The notes: generated from the sequence alone by a model not told the origin. DNA of 64,000 nucleotides from Azolla caroliniana (GCA_043228905.1 JBHGNT010000016.1:7626001-7690000), one strand, 5' to 3'; shown: positions 46,939 to 60,926, counted from the first letter of the stretch. Numbers and translations: made by a program.

Positions 46939-49548
46939 ATCTTTGTGAAGAACCTTGCACCATTGATCCATTCTAAAAGACTTGAGATAAGGGGAAATGC
47001 ATAGCTATTCTTGATGGTGACCTTATTCAAGCCACAGTAATCTATGACGAGACGAAGTGATCCATCCTTTTTCTTGACGATGAAAATGGGTGCGCCGGCT
47101 GGAGATTTCGAATGTCAAATGAAACCATTTGCCAAATTCTCCTCTATATAGGCTCGAAGGACTTCTAGCTCGGTTGGTGACAAATTGTAGATCGGTCCCC
47201 CCGGTGGCTCTTTTCCCGGTTGTAAATCGATGGGGCAATCATACGGTCAATGGTGAGGAAGCGTATTGGCTTGTACTTTATCGAACACATCGGCATAATG
47301 ACGATACTTCTCTAGAAGTTGAACGGTGGACTCCTCTTTAGTGGTGTTGGAGGGTTTTACTAATACTGCGAAGAGAAACATTTCTTCCTTGCGTCCTTCC
47401 TCACGCAACTGATGTAGCGAAATGGTTGCAATCTTATGAGTAAATCTTTGGGTTTGTCGATACTGGATTTCTCTTGTTCTCCAATCTATGTCTGGGTTAT
47501 GTAATTTGAACCATGGTAATCCCAAAACAATGGGATGTTCTGGGATACTAATTATATTAAAGGATACTACACATGCTAAATTATCTAGAACGATATTAAC
47601 GGGCTCTGACTCTTCTATGATATTTTCGGAAGCAATGGGACGACCATCAATGACTACTACAGAGGCTGGACACGAGAGTTTTCTTAGGGATATCTGATGA
47701 GCTTGGGCAAAATTCCTATCCATGAAGCAAGAATTAGCTCTGGAATCTAGGAGTGTTGAGACATGTACTGGAGAGGTACTTTTAGTATTAACGGTTACTT
47801 GGGCTAAGAACACATTGCTAACTTGCTTAGAGGGAATGGATAGATCTAGGGTTGTCCAACCAAAGGCTCCTATTTTGATTGGACTTAGTCGTTTAACTCT
47901 TCTTCTAATTGACTAAGGACATCAAATTTGTTCAATAGATTTGGGCTATTAGGACTATTGGGACTATCAAATATTCCTACTAAAATAGACTCGGATTTAG
48001 TAGAATTAGAACTAGCAACTATTTGGTTCACCTATCTTCTTGGCCTATGGGGACAGTTCACTTCAATATGCCCTAGTCCACTGCAATAAAGACATAGTCG
48101 ATTTGCTCGGCATCACTGCTTTTCTTCTTCCGATAATGGTCCACGACGACATGTAGTGTCAATTTCCATCGGAGTTGGAGTATTCACTAGAGACACATTA
48201 TATGACTCCCTTGGAAAAGGTTTTGCTAACACTGAGGTGTAGGTGGGCTCTGATCTTGCCCTTTGCATCTAGAACTGACATTCTGAACATCGTTCGAAAA
48301 GACGGTTGTCGCATCTCAGCACGCGACTGATTGCTTCTATCAATGACTTTGGTTCTTCAGGGAAGGTCAAGAGTAAATCCTTGACATCGTTACGTAGACC
48401 ATTACGAAATTGCTCCATAAGTGCTTGGTCATCCTAGGGGATATCGAAGGCAAGTAGGCAGAAATCTGCACCGTATGCGGAGGCTGGACGATCACCTTGA
48501 CGTAATCGTCGGATTTTGTTGATTGTTGTCCTTATGTTGTCAGTATCTCCAAAACAGGCTTTAAACTCACTTAAAAACTCTTCAAAATTGTTTAGTAAAG
48601 GAGATTCCTTTTCTAACAACGGAGCGAACCATGCCAAAGCTGAGCCACTTAACAACGTGCCTACTAAACCCACTCGTGATGCATCATTGGGATATCAGGA
48701 AGGATGCATTTGAATGACTAATCGTACCTAATTAAGGAATTCTCTAAATTGTGATTGTGTTCCATCGAATTTCATGGGAAGGTCGGTCTTGGGTTCTTTA
48801 TGAACCCCTTGCGTACTGGGTCCTTGTTGTTCCATTGTTGCTATGGTTGCTTCGAGCTGTTGCACACGTAACGCAAGTTCCCCGTGTTGTTGTTGCGTCT
48901 GCTGCTTCTCTAAGGAGATTTGTTGAAGCTCCCCCAACAGTCGTTGATTTTCATGTTCCAAGGCGAGAAACTTCTCTTTCAAGCATTGCAACTCTGAAAA
49001 AACTGATTGATATTCTTGAGCGCTAACAGTGGCTATAGTATGAGAGAAAAAAGGAAGAAGAGATTAGTATGAAGGGAGGGAGAAGTAAGAAGATAAAGGA
49101 AGAGAAGGAAGGAGACAAAATCGGTTCAAACTGTCAGGAGCAGTACTAAGACAGAGAAGGAATTAGTACTAAAAGATGAGGATTAGTACTAAGGGAGGTG
49201 TAGAACTCTCAAGAGAAGGAAAGAGTGAGTGTGTGAGAGAGAGAGAGAGAATGATGATAACAAAAGATATATATTCTGTTAAGAGAATATACAATAGTAG
49301 ATAGGAGACTTAAGACTGGCATTGAACCGATTTGGTTCGAAATAATGCCGTGTGCCTCCTTTTATAGTGTTCTCAAGAGTACTCCTGAAGTTTCTAGAAT
49401 GTTCCAAAGAAATCTGAAATATACATCAATTTTTTATAGTAAAACTTAAATGAAAATAATATATTTTGTATTACAACATAGTCTAATGGTCAAGAGCTCG
49501 ACTCATGTAACATAAAGTCATGGGTTCGAGTCTTGCCATATCATGACA
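46939..49548 (-). mobile_element. Chromovirus C, 5' half (RT start, protease, gag pseudogene, 5' LTR 49132-49548)
   Basis: Colinear with 29268-31982; the LTR is homologous to that of element I. Confidence 0.9.
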
Positions 49549-50847
49549 ATCATTGTATGGACTCAATAATCTCCTAGGTTATGGTTTCAAAAATTTAACA
49601 ATTTTATGCTCTCACATGGCTATTCTAAATTGTTATCAGAACTATATATATACATTAGACATAATCATACAACTAATCGGTTGTTAGTGGTAGCATTATA
49701 TGTAGATGACATTCCTATAGTCGAAACACCATCTAAAATTATTCAAGCAAAGCTAGAGCTTCCCAAAGCATTTTCAATAACAGATTCAGGTTCCCTATCT
49801 TATTTCCTAGGCATGCAAGTTACGCGTGATCGTAGTATGGGCACTTTGATAATTCATCAAAATAAATTCATTAATGAAATTTTGAAATCCTTCAGAATGC
49901 TAAACATTAAACCTTACACTACTCCCTTATCACTAACATGTAACTTAAGCATATCTGATGGTCCAACCACAAAAAGAGATATTAATTTTATGCAGCAATT
50001 TCCTTTTAAACAATTAATAGGAAAAATTCGATATTTAGTCACAAGAACTCGTCCTGACCGTTGTTTTGCAATTAATTATCGTTCATGCTTTATGCATAAC
50101 CCTAGCCTTATGCATTGGAAATCACTTCAATGAGTTATGCGATATCTAAAACACACATCTAACTATAGATTAACATATAAATGATCCCAATCTGAAAGAC
50201 CAATCAAAACACTTGTTGGTTGGTCTGATTCGGATTGGGGGGGGACACTGATTCTCGAAGATCTACTGCTAGTTTTTCTTTTATAATGGCGGGAGCAACA
50301 GTGACGTGGAAATTGAAAAAACAAGAATCTGTGACACTCTCATTGGCTAAAGCTGAATTCGTGGTAGTGGCGTTGGCTGCTAAAGGACTATGGTTGCAAA
50401 TACTGTTAAAGGAACTCCAACTAATATGTGAACCACTTCAATTGAAAATCTTCTGCGGCAATATATCATGTATCTGCTTAACAAAGAATCCAAAGCACTC
50501 AGAGAAAACCAAGCATGTGGATTTAAAATATCACTTTATACGAGAGTTGGCCGACCTTAGAGTTTACATCGACAAATCATATGTGGGCTAATTTTCTAGC
50601 AAAGGCGCTCCCTCCAGAAAAATAAAATAATTACTTTAGCATACATAAAAAGAAAAATAATATATAAAAACGAAAAGCTACACAATATGAAAACGTGCAC
50701 CCCAAAAATAGGGTGCACCTATAACCACCACATTCCCTCTATGTGTAGTCGGTTGGTTGTAGAGAGAGAGACAAAACATTCATTTAATAAAGTTTCTTCT
50801 CTCTCTCTCTCTCTCTCTCCCTCTCTTTCTATTTCTTATTTCCTATA
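49549..50847 (+). mobile_element. Older copia D of the same family as H: RT/RNase H remnant and partial 3' LTR (~50620-50847)
   Basis: ORFs 49606 and 50235 closely match ORF 22904-26170. LTR motif GTGCACCCCAAAAATAGGGTGCAC is shared with H. Confidence 0.88.
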
Positions 50848-51662
50848 CTAACAAGAGGAATTCCGGCTCTACTGCGATAGTCAAAGTGTCATCCACCTCG
50901 CGAAGAATGCGGTCTACCATTCCCGGACCAAGCACATCCAAAGAAGATATCACTAGCTCCGGGAGAAGGTAGAAGATTAAGAATTCTTGCTGACGAATAT
51001 CCATACGGAGGAGAACGGGTCAGACATGCTGACCAAGGTACTATCAACCGACAAGTTGGGCATGTGCAGGAGACAGATCAAATTGACAAGGCATCCCATG
51101 TCGAAGTCAAGGGGGAGTTTGTTGGGAATTCAGTCCCTCTGGATGGGATCTGGATGAGAACCGAAAACCGGATCAGATGGATCCGGAAGGTCTCCGAATG
51201 GATCCAGTGTGAACCGAATCTAGGGACATATTTGTAAATATGTTTCTGATGTGCCTGTCATGGCTATATTTGTAAATATTCCTAAAGTCATATAAGTATA
51301 AATATGACTTAGGGCAATCACTTTAGAGTATTAGTAGTTGTTGCCATTATTACTGCTGTATAGACATAGAGAGAGCGTGAGAGAGAGTGTGAGTGAAATA
51401 CATAAAGTATTTTTTGTTGTAACCGCTAGATGACGAAGGTATAGAGCTCGAGGTCGTTGCCTTTGAGTCTCGCATTGTATCCTCTTCTCATAGTGACAGT
51501 TGGAGTATGTGGGTTCCCATGGTTTTTCCCTATTAAGGTTTTCCACGTAAACATTTGGTCTCGTCTCATCCTGTGTAAATGCACTAAACCGTTATATTCC
51601 TATTTTCTGCTTTCTTCCATTAAGTGATTGAGACTCGGTTTGGTCGAGCGCTATTCCGCACA
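50848..51662 (+). mobile_element. Copia E remnant: RNase H end, PPT and 3' LTR (51120-51662)
   Basis: Homologous to 10233-10504. PPT AAGGGGGAG, then TGTTGGGAA...TTCCGCACA. Confidence 0.75.
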
Positions 51663-53385
51663 ACTTGACCATCACCCGTCCAAACCTCAACTATCTAGTC
51701 GGATTGATCAGTCAGTTTATGTCACAACCGAAGACCAAACATCTTCTGTGTACGCAAAGGATTTTGCGATATGTTAGTGGCACAAAGGACAAGGCGTTGC
51801 TTTATCGGGCAGGTGTAGTCAAATAGCTTGTCAACTACACGGATGCCGATTGCGCCGGAAATGTCGACGATCACATGTCAACATCAAGGTTTGCATTTTC
51901 ACTTGGAAGCGCCGCGATCACTTGGAGCAGCAAGAAGCAGTCGACAGTTGCACTGTAGAACACGGAGGCGGAATACAGAGGAGCGGCTATTGCGACATGC
52001 AAGGCCATATGGCTCAAAAGGCTCTTGACGGATCTACATACGAAGGTTGCCGATCCGACGACGATCTTTTGCGACAACCTCAGTAGCATCCAACTTGCGA
52101 AGAATCCCGTCTTCCACACCGGACGAAGCACATTGAGGTGCACTATCATTTTGTCTGTGAGCATGTTCTCTCTAGTGAAGCCGACCATGTATATATTCCA
52201 ACTTATCAGAAGGTGGCCAATATCTTCACCAAACCTCTCGGCTTGGACAAGTTGCCGCAATCCTCAAGCATGCTTGGCATACAGCACCTCAAATTTCCGA
52301 ATTTGAGGGGGAGAAGTGTAGGCCGAAGCAAAGTCGGGAAGGGGAGAGATGTTCAAGGAGCCAAGTCGGATGAAGAATTCGATTTTGAAACAACTTAAGA
52401 GGTCGAAACGTTCAGATCGGCTTGAGAGGCCAAGGACATATGGACAAATGGAAGGAGATTGGCTAAGTGGAGACTAGCCAGATGTAGGGAGAGCGATCGA
52501 AAGAACGGGTCAAAGCCAGATCCATCCAAACAAGGGGGAGGAAAAGCGGAAAAAGGCAAGGTAGGTGGCAAAGCCAAGAAGGGCAAAGCCGACCTGAAGA
52601 AAAAGGTCAAGACCAGGACATGGTCAGATGTGATCAAGGGCCTGCAAGAAGACGAGTCGGAGACAACCGACTCTGTCGAGAAGAGTGATTCAGAAGAGCC
52701 GAATCGTGTGAAGGCCAAATAGACGAGAAGGCAATCGAAGACGATACCAAGGCAGGAAATCCCACGGATTGAGGCGTGCCGAAGTCACAGAGGCAAGAAG
52801 AAGGCCAATGAGGGCCTAAGGAGTAGAGAAGTTAACCGGACAGGTTGAGGAGCACAAGCAAGAAGGTGTGAAGCCAGGAGAGGCCGGAGCGAAGAACCGG
52901 CAGTGCAGGAAGAACCTCAAGTTGAGCTTGAGGGGGAGTGTTGAGAGACAAGCTCAACATGAGCTGAATTGGCTAAAGGCCGACAGGTCGGTCGGCTGAA
53001 GAAGTCAACAGCCAAAGCGGTTGAGGAAAGTCAGTTGAATAAGCTGACAATTGGGTCAGCCTAGGGATAAGTTGATAGGCCGTTAGAGCCTTTATTCCTA
53101 ATCTTAGTATTAGTAATATTTCAGGGGTTAGTTTCATAGGCTCTTCATGAGCATTCAAGTACTGACGGTACTTGTGTCAGCCCATTGTCAGGGCTTGTAT
53201 AAAAGTGCTCTCTGAGCACACTTGTATGTGCATAGAGCGTATTATTTTGAATCCGAGTTTTTGTCTTTTGCTCTCTGTGTCTCTCCTGATCCCGCTTATT
53301 GTATTTCTATTTTCTCTATTTTTTACCTAACTTTGGCTAAGCCGACTATGTTGTTCTTAAGCTTCTGCATACGAAACTCATTACA
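51663..53385 (+). mobile_element. Copia F remnant: RT end/RNase H, ~620-bp 3' spacer, PPT and probable LTR (52939-~53385)
   Basis: LTITRPNLNY, YTDAD, TWSSKKQSTVAL, IFCDNLSSIQLAKNPVFH. TTGAGGGGGAG precedes TGTTGAG. Confidence 0.7.
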
Positions 53386-53460
53386 CTAAGGTATGATTCA
53401 GAACATCACTCAAGTTATGAGATATCGAAGAGGTTTGGGTCTTGTCATTGGGGGTTATTG

Positions 53461-54214
53461 TGTTGGGAGACAGGTCCCTCCGGATGGGAAGGGAGAAGAA
53501 CAGTGCCAATGAACAAACTCGGCCGAGGCCGAAACCGTATGAGGAGGACCCGGCTACGGAGAGCCGGATGGTGCAGGCCCGGTATGAACCGGATGAGGAG
53601 TACTCGGCTACGGAGAGCCGGATGGTGCAGGCCCGGTATGAACTGGATGAGGAGTACTCGGCTACGGAGAGCCGGATGATACAAACCCGGTGAAGACCGG
53701 ATGAGGAATACCCGGCTACGGAGAGCCGGATGGTACAGACCCGGTGAGAACCGGATGAAGAGACATATTCGTAAATATGTTTCTGAGAGCCCATCGTGGC
53801 TACATTTGTAAATAGCCGAAAAGTCATATTAGTATAAATATGACTTAGGGCAAACTTTTAGTAACTGTTGTTGTTGTCATTTTCTTGTTGGTGCAAGAAG
53901 AAGAGAGAGTGCGTAACTGTACAGAGAGAGAGAGAGAGACGAGGTCGTTGTCTCTATTGTAACCGCCGCCTGTGGCGAAGATCGTGAGCACGAGGTCGTT
54001 GCCTCCGTGAACTCACTGTTTTGTACATTCTTACATAGTGACAGTTTGCAGCCCGTGGGCTGCCGTGGTTTTTCCCCTAGTTTGGGGTTTTCCACGTAAA
54101 CCTCCTGTGTATCTTTCTCCTCTTTGTGTCGTGTTCTATTTCCTGTTTTCTGTGTAAGTAAAGAATCCCGGTTGTGGCCGAGCGTTGGACATAAGGAGCC
54201 TTGAGTTCCCGTCA
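53461..54214 (+). mobile_element. Solo LTR of the copia family seen at 16007
   Basis: Homologous end to end to 16007-16763. Flanks TATTG/TATCG form a 5-bp TSD with one CpG transition. Confidence 0.88.
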
Positions 54215-54595
54215 TATCGAGTGTTATGGCACCTTTCTTTGCTCTATAATTCCTTATCTTTTGCTTAAATAACTAGTTAGACTCTAACAAGCATGTGAAC
54301 TGCAATATGTGCATCTTCAAACAAGAATCGGGGGTGTGGAGCTAAAGATTACATTATGCTTGAGTAACATCAAATTTCACATGTCCAAATCAAAAAATTC
54401 ACTCAACACACAAAATAATTTCAATGAGCTTTCATCCCATTGCATGTTTACAGCTTACTTATAGGTGACAGTTGTCGACCACCATTAAGAAAGTAAAGGC
54501 TCCACTAGTCAGTAAATTGGAGGTGAGTTTTAAGCAAGCTTAACTACATTTGACTAGCTAAGAGCATATTGCATATTGCATTTGACTTGGCCAAG

Positions 54596-55213
54596 TGTCG
54601 ATGGTTGAAGAGTCGATTGCGAGAAAGTCCACTGTGAGAGTCGACTGACAGAGAGGAGATCCAGGTCGAAGACATGACCGACTAGTTCGGCCGTCCGGAT
54701 GGTCGATGACCAGGCCGACAAGTCGGACCGACTGGACAGTCGACACTAGAGTCGGCTAATGGGGCTACTTATTATTATAGATAATAATAATAGTGATGTG
54801 TAGTAGTGGCTACATTTGTAAATAGCCCATACAGGTCATAAGTATAAATATACTTGGGTAAACAATTCGAAATAGATGGACACATGTAGAACAGGTGAAG
54901 TGAGTGTCTCTGCAGCGTAGCGCCACAAAGAAGAGAGTGTGTGTGAGAGCGCAAGTGAGTGAACGGCGCCATAGTTGTGTTCAGTAACAACATACGCCAA
55001 GAGCCCTGGGAGGTTGTTTACACTCTGTGTAGAGAGTGTTGTACCCTGATCTCATTGTTGTATATCCACTGTATAGTGAATCTCCGTTCTCCGTGGTTTT
55101 CTCATGTTTTAGGGTTTCCACGTTAAATCTGTGTACAGTGTTTTTTTTGTGTTTTAGAGTTGTGTATTTTAGCACATTCCTTTTCTTGTGGATTGACGAT
55201 TCGTTTCTCAACA
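54596..55213 (+). repeat. Degenerate copia-type LTR, left boundary uncertain
   Basis: Shares GGCTACATTTGTAAATAGCC, AGTATAAATA and GGTTTCCACGT motifs with the copia LTRs; ends CTCAACA. Confidence 0.5.
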
Positions 55214-55640
55214 ATTTTATCCTAATTACAAAGGTACATTTATGTTGATTGGGTAGTTTAGCGAATCAATGATGAATGTATGGTATAGTTGAGCTTGATG
55301 GGCCATGTTAAGATATCCAGGGCAACCACACAAATTGTGTGTGAACATACTTGTTCCAAAGAACATGTATAAAGAATGTATGGGAATATGCAATGAATGG
55401 AGTGGATATTGCATGATATTTCACTCACTATCCCATCATCAAAAGATTGGTATGGGATCCTATACTATATAAACCACGTTCTCCCATGTAATTGTTGTTG
55501 ATGGATTGTTGTATTCTAATCCCCCATTTTTCACAAATATAATCTTGACTTGTGTATACTTAATCCCGCTTCTTCCAAACTTCTATTTATCTTCATTGCT
55601 TAATTATTAATATTTGGGTACAATTATTTCTATAGTTCTT

Positions 55641-56466
55641 CACATCTATTAATGGCCACTCTTTATGTGCTTTTATGGTTAGCTTGAGAATATAGGAACT
55701 TTTCCATATTACATAATACAAACATTTTGTTGTTGTAGTTGCATTTCAGTGTCTTTGAGAACCAGTCACAACTTTTGTGAAGGTTCCAACATTATTGAAT
55801 TCCCACGAGTCCTAAATACAATCATCAAGTCATGATTTGTTTTACTAGTTTCTCAACATTATTGGAGCATTTATATCTTGATTGGAGCCCTTTGTAATCA
55901 TTTAGTTCATTTTTACTTCAATTCAAAATGATGCTTACATCTTTCAATATAATCTTCCTAAATATAGGTCTCCAACTTCTACATCATTGAACTTTCTGCT
56001 TAAATGTAGATTTGCCGCCCCTCGATCAACACATGATCCTAACATCAATCTACACATCTATTAATGGCCACTCTTTATGTGCTTTTATGGTTAGCTTGAG
56101 AATATAGGAACTTTTGCATATTACATAATACAAACATTTTGTTGTTGTAGTTGCATTTCAGTGTCTTTGAGAACCAGTCACAACTTTTGTGAAGGTTCCA
56201 ACATTATTGAATTCCCATGAGTCCTAAATACAATCATCAAGTCATGATTTGTTTTACCAGTTTCTCAACATTATTGGAGCATTTATATCTTGATTGGAGC
56301 CCTTCGTAATCATTTAGTTCATTTTTACTTCAATTCAAAATGATGCTTACATCTTACAATATAATCTTCCTAAATTTAGGTCTCCAACTTCTACATCATT
56401 GAACTTTCTGCTTAAATGTAGATTTGCCACTCCTCGATCAACACTTGATCCTAACATCAATCTACA
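55641..56466. repeat. 412-bp tandem duplication
   Basis: CACATCTATTAATGGCCAC... at 55641 and 56053; few substitutions between the copies. Confidence 0.92.
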
Positions 56467-59400
56467 AATTGTTGAATAAGAAATCTTAGACTTATGTTGC
56501 CTTTCTCTATATAGCTAGCTTGCTAAAAAGTGCCCTTTTTTCTTTAAGATCATGAAAAGTGATCCAAAATTAGTTGTCCCAATATATGAAATCTAATAAT
56601 TAGGTGATGATGTTGAGCTTGTAAACTTATATCGTTCGCTCATTATTTTGATGGGGATTGGTGGCATAGAAAGGCCCATCAACTCTAGTAGAGAAAGAAG
56701 TGATACTCTCGCTTTCTCCGTGGATATAAGACAATGCATTGACGCATTGGAGAAAAGGCTCATTGACTATGTATGTTTTAGCTAAACAAGTTTGTGACCT
56801 TATACTTCAATTCCACATTTGATCACACCGTCAACATTAAACTTCTCCTTAACCAATTTTCTTTATCAATCACATCAAGAGAGTCACTTATCAAGTACAC
56901 ACACACTACATAAAAATCATGGTCCAAAAGGTTACTAGATATTTTATGGTTGTTAGAGATATTGGATAAGATTCAACAAATAGATGATTGCAAGTTTAGC
57001 ACATGCAATTTGAGCATGTTACAATATATAACAATCATTATTTATGAAAAACAAGTGCATGTGCAAACAATTGTGCTCGTTCTAAATGATCTTATATAAA
57101 AACAACTATATGCAAAACATTTTATTATGACAACATGCTATAAGATTTGGTAAAATGCCCATAGCCTTTTTTAAGAGGTGTGTAGGGATTCTTTGACAAG
57201 ATAAAATCCAAGCTCAATATATACATCTATCAAACCATATATTTATTGACAATATTGATCATTTGAGCTCATATTTCAAAAATAGATTCATATTTTCAGG
57301 TTAGTTCACACCAAAAGAATTAGCAAGAGGTCAAAGTTAAAAACTGTTTGGTTGACAACAAGTGTCAATTGATAAAGATTCTAGGATTATATGTTAAATC
57401 CATTGGTTGGAATTAATTCATAAAATACGCTTGGTTGGCATGTTATTACCATTGCTTCTATAAGGATGCAACCAATTCTAATGAAAAGATTTGTTTGAAA
57501 TGGTATTGCAAAGTTTAAGGCCTATATTTCAATATGAAAACATAGTTGTGCTTTATATTTTTTTCAAAGGTTGCATGATTTTTATAGCTTCGTTCAATAT
57601 GTATAGCCTATAGGTTATTGGTAACTCATCCATCCCCTCTAATGGGTTTTGAAAGATTAAAGTCATGGGTTGTGCTTTGGATGTTTCCATTTTTTTTATT
57701 TAAACCGACCTAGAGAATATGAGTACATAAGAAAGTAGCCCTACCATTGTACCTGGATGTTGGATTAAAGCCTAGCATTACAAGACCTAGATAAGATGTA
57801 TGTACTACACATTGGTGTGAGTTTTAGTTGCTATGGAAGATATGCCATGCATAAGACAAGCCGAAATCGTAAAAACTAGCTCAATCACCATAATTAACCA
57901 TACTCTAAAAAATCAAACACTTAACTTAGACACATTTCATTAATAGCAAAGAGTAAACTAAGAATGATTAAAAAGAAACCTTAATTAATAGAAATCTTAC
58001 TCAAAGAAATCTAATCTAGGGTTATTGTAGCCATGGAGGAAAGGCCAACCTACCATTCATGGTGGATTGAGATAACTAAACAAGAGAGAAAGAGCATAAG
58101 GTGTAGAGGATGAAAATATATATTGATATTAGAAAAGCATAAGGCTACAATATGATCGCACTCGGATATTCTTATCTAAGGGATGTCTATATTTGGGATA
58201 CTTGAAAAGGCTAAAATGAGTAGTTGGATTCTCTAAAGGTAAACTTTCTCAAACATCATGTATGTTAATGGTGTGTGCATGTTGGATGTGTTCAAACCTA
58301 GAAAATAAAGAAATTTTACACCAAACCTACCAAGAAGTTACTAAAAGCATTTGGAAATTGGATTAAATGGTATTTCAAAAAAGGAAGGACAATGAGTTTC
58401 TCTTAGATTTTGATCCTCCCAATAGAGATACATTTGCATTGATTATGAACGCTTTAGTTTTGAACCAAAATGGAAGAAAACAATGATTTCCAGAAATGAT
58501 GGAAATTTATCATGAAATTTATATTGATGTGTTTCATATTTAATACGTAGTAAGGAACGTTTGTAGAAATGTGCAGACAACACACTGCATGTGAGTTGCA
58601 TTCCCGATCATCTCAACCTTGAAAGCCTTGAACTTGTTTGAACTTGCTCAATCATGGAGGTGGAAAAATGTATTCAAAAGAGTCATCACTTTCTTTATAG
58701 GGAGTAATATGAAGAGTCATGTTAAGGTTGGCTACTTTTAAAACAAGCAAAACAAGAATTGGGATTTTACCAGCATGCCAACATGGCTAAACAAATACCA
58801 CATTGATATACAAATGTTACTAGTTAGGAACCCTCCATAAAACCTTGTCTTTTCTTTAGGTTAGACTAGACTTTCACAACAAGCCCTAGAATATGTGACA
58901 AATTTCTTTAAGGTGTTGTGATCACACTCTTTTTGGATCAATGTAGGCCTAGACTATGAGATGTTAACAATCACAGTAATTTGCTCTCGAAAGGGATAGT
59001 TAACAATGAGAGGTTTACCTACATGGAGATAATGCAAGTAACCCTACACAAGCTCGATGAGGAACATGGTTTGAATTTAAAAATACACTCAACAGGGGTA
59101 ATGTGTGGCATGATAGACATGAACAATTTTGATGTCGTAGTCAATCATGAATTGAAGATAATTTAGAACACGGGTAGCATGACAGTTTTCAAACATGCAT
59201 TGAAATCATACTAGACATGGGCACTGAATGTATGTTAGTAACAATCTCAATGAAGGCCACGTGACTATGGTAGACATTTTAGGCATTGATACAACATTCA
59301 ACCATTTGGAGTTGTATTGGCATTATGAAATGTATACCAATGCATGTCCAATTCCTGGGCTCACGGAAATGTAAACACAAACCACAATGATTGGGTTGAC

Positions 59401-60245
59401 ACAAATGCAAGCACAAACGCAATTATTTGGGCTCGCAGAAACACATTCAAACAATGCATCATTTGATTTCGTGTATTATCATGAAATTTATATTGATGTG
59501 CATCCATCTATTTTTCCAGAAACACACAAAGACATCCCTTCATTGTTTCAAGGATACTATTGAATGTCACAAATAAACCACCCTTGGCTAACCACAAATT
59601 CAAAGATGTTGATTAAACAATCTCTTTATAAGAAGTTACCTTTCCAATGTAAATCAATCTTTGAACTTTTGGGCCCTAGGGATGTGTACACACAAGAGAT
59701 TATATGTGTATGCAAAGCACAATGTGATGCAGTGTACCTCATGTTGTCATAATATTCAAACATAAAAAGAAGTAAACATTAGAAGGAACCATTATTTTCT
59801 ATGAAACAATGCCCTAACTTTTTTCTACTTCTCTTATTTACCTTTATAAAAAAACCGGGTGATTCGATGTAAGCTTTTTAGAGATTTTTTTCAACTTGAC
59901 TTCTCAAACATGCACAAAGAAGCTTGCTTTCTATTATCTTCATCATTTTAAAAGACCCATGAAGTTCATCCCATGACAACACATAGAGGGCTACTTTTTA
60001 TATTCGCATAAAAAGGCGGGGCAAACTTGGTGCAAAAGAAGTTACAACGAGTAAATTTTTAGGCGAGAAATGAATTCTGGGGGGGGGGGGGGGGGGGGGA
60101 ACACATGCATAATAATACCTATGTATGTATGTTGAAGTTACCCCAACAAATCTCTCTCGTGGGCACACAACTACCCTTGGGTTTTAGCCACCAACACCAA
60201 GGGGCAATGGTCAGGACCATACAAGTACACATACACACGTGCACA

Positions 60246-60250
60246 TGCAC

Positions 60251-60341
<91 letters not shown>

Positions 60342-60381
60342 TACACCATACACGTACACGTACACGTACACGTACACACAC

Positions 60382-60478
<97 letters not shown>
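60246..60478. repeat. Compound hexanucleotide microsatellite (CACATA)n-(CACGTA)4-(CACATA)n
   Basis: Read directly from the sequence. Confidence 0.95.
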
Positions 60479-60667
60479 GAGGCATAGACTCACTTTCATG
60501 CGCGGACACACAATCATCTCCCTCTTGCTCCCTCACACTTTTGTGGGTAGGAGAAAGAGGGGGGGGGGGGGGGGGTTGTGACTCGTGAGCAAGAGGCACG
60601 TTTAAAGGTATGTAAATCACTTGTGAATGTGGAGAAGCCCGAAGGTAAGGCCAGTCGTATCAGTCCA

Positions 60668-60795
60668 TATGTATGTATATCAGTATGCATGCATGCATGT
60701 ATGTATGTATGTATGTATATGGGTGGGTGCATGCATCATGCATGTTGTGATGGCCCCCACACACACACACACTCACACTCACACTCACACTCACA

Positions 60796-60859
<64 letters not shown>

Positions 60860-60926
60860 TCTTCATCATCATCTTCGTCTTCTTCTTCTTAAGCAACAGC
60901 TTGGCATGGCAACACACACCCAGTCA

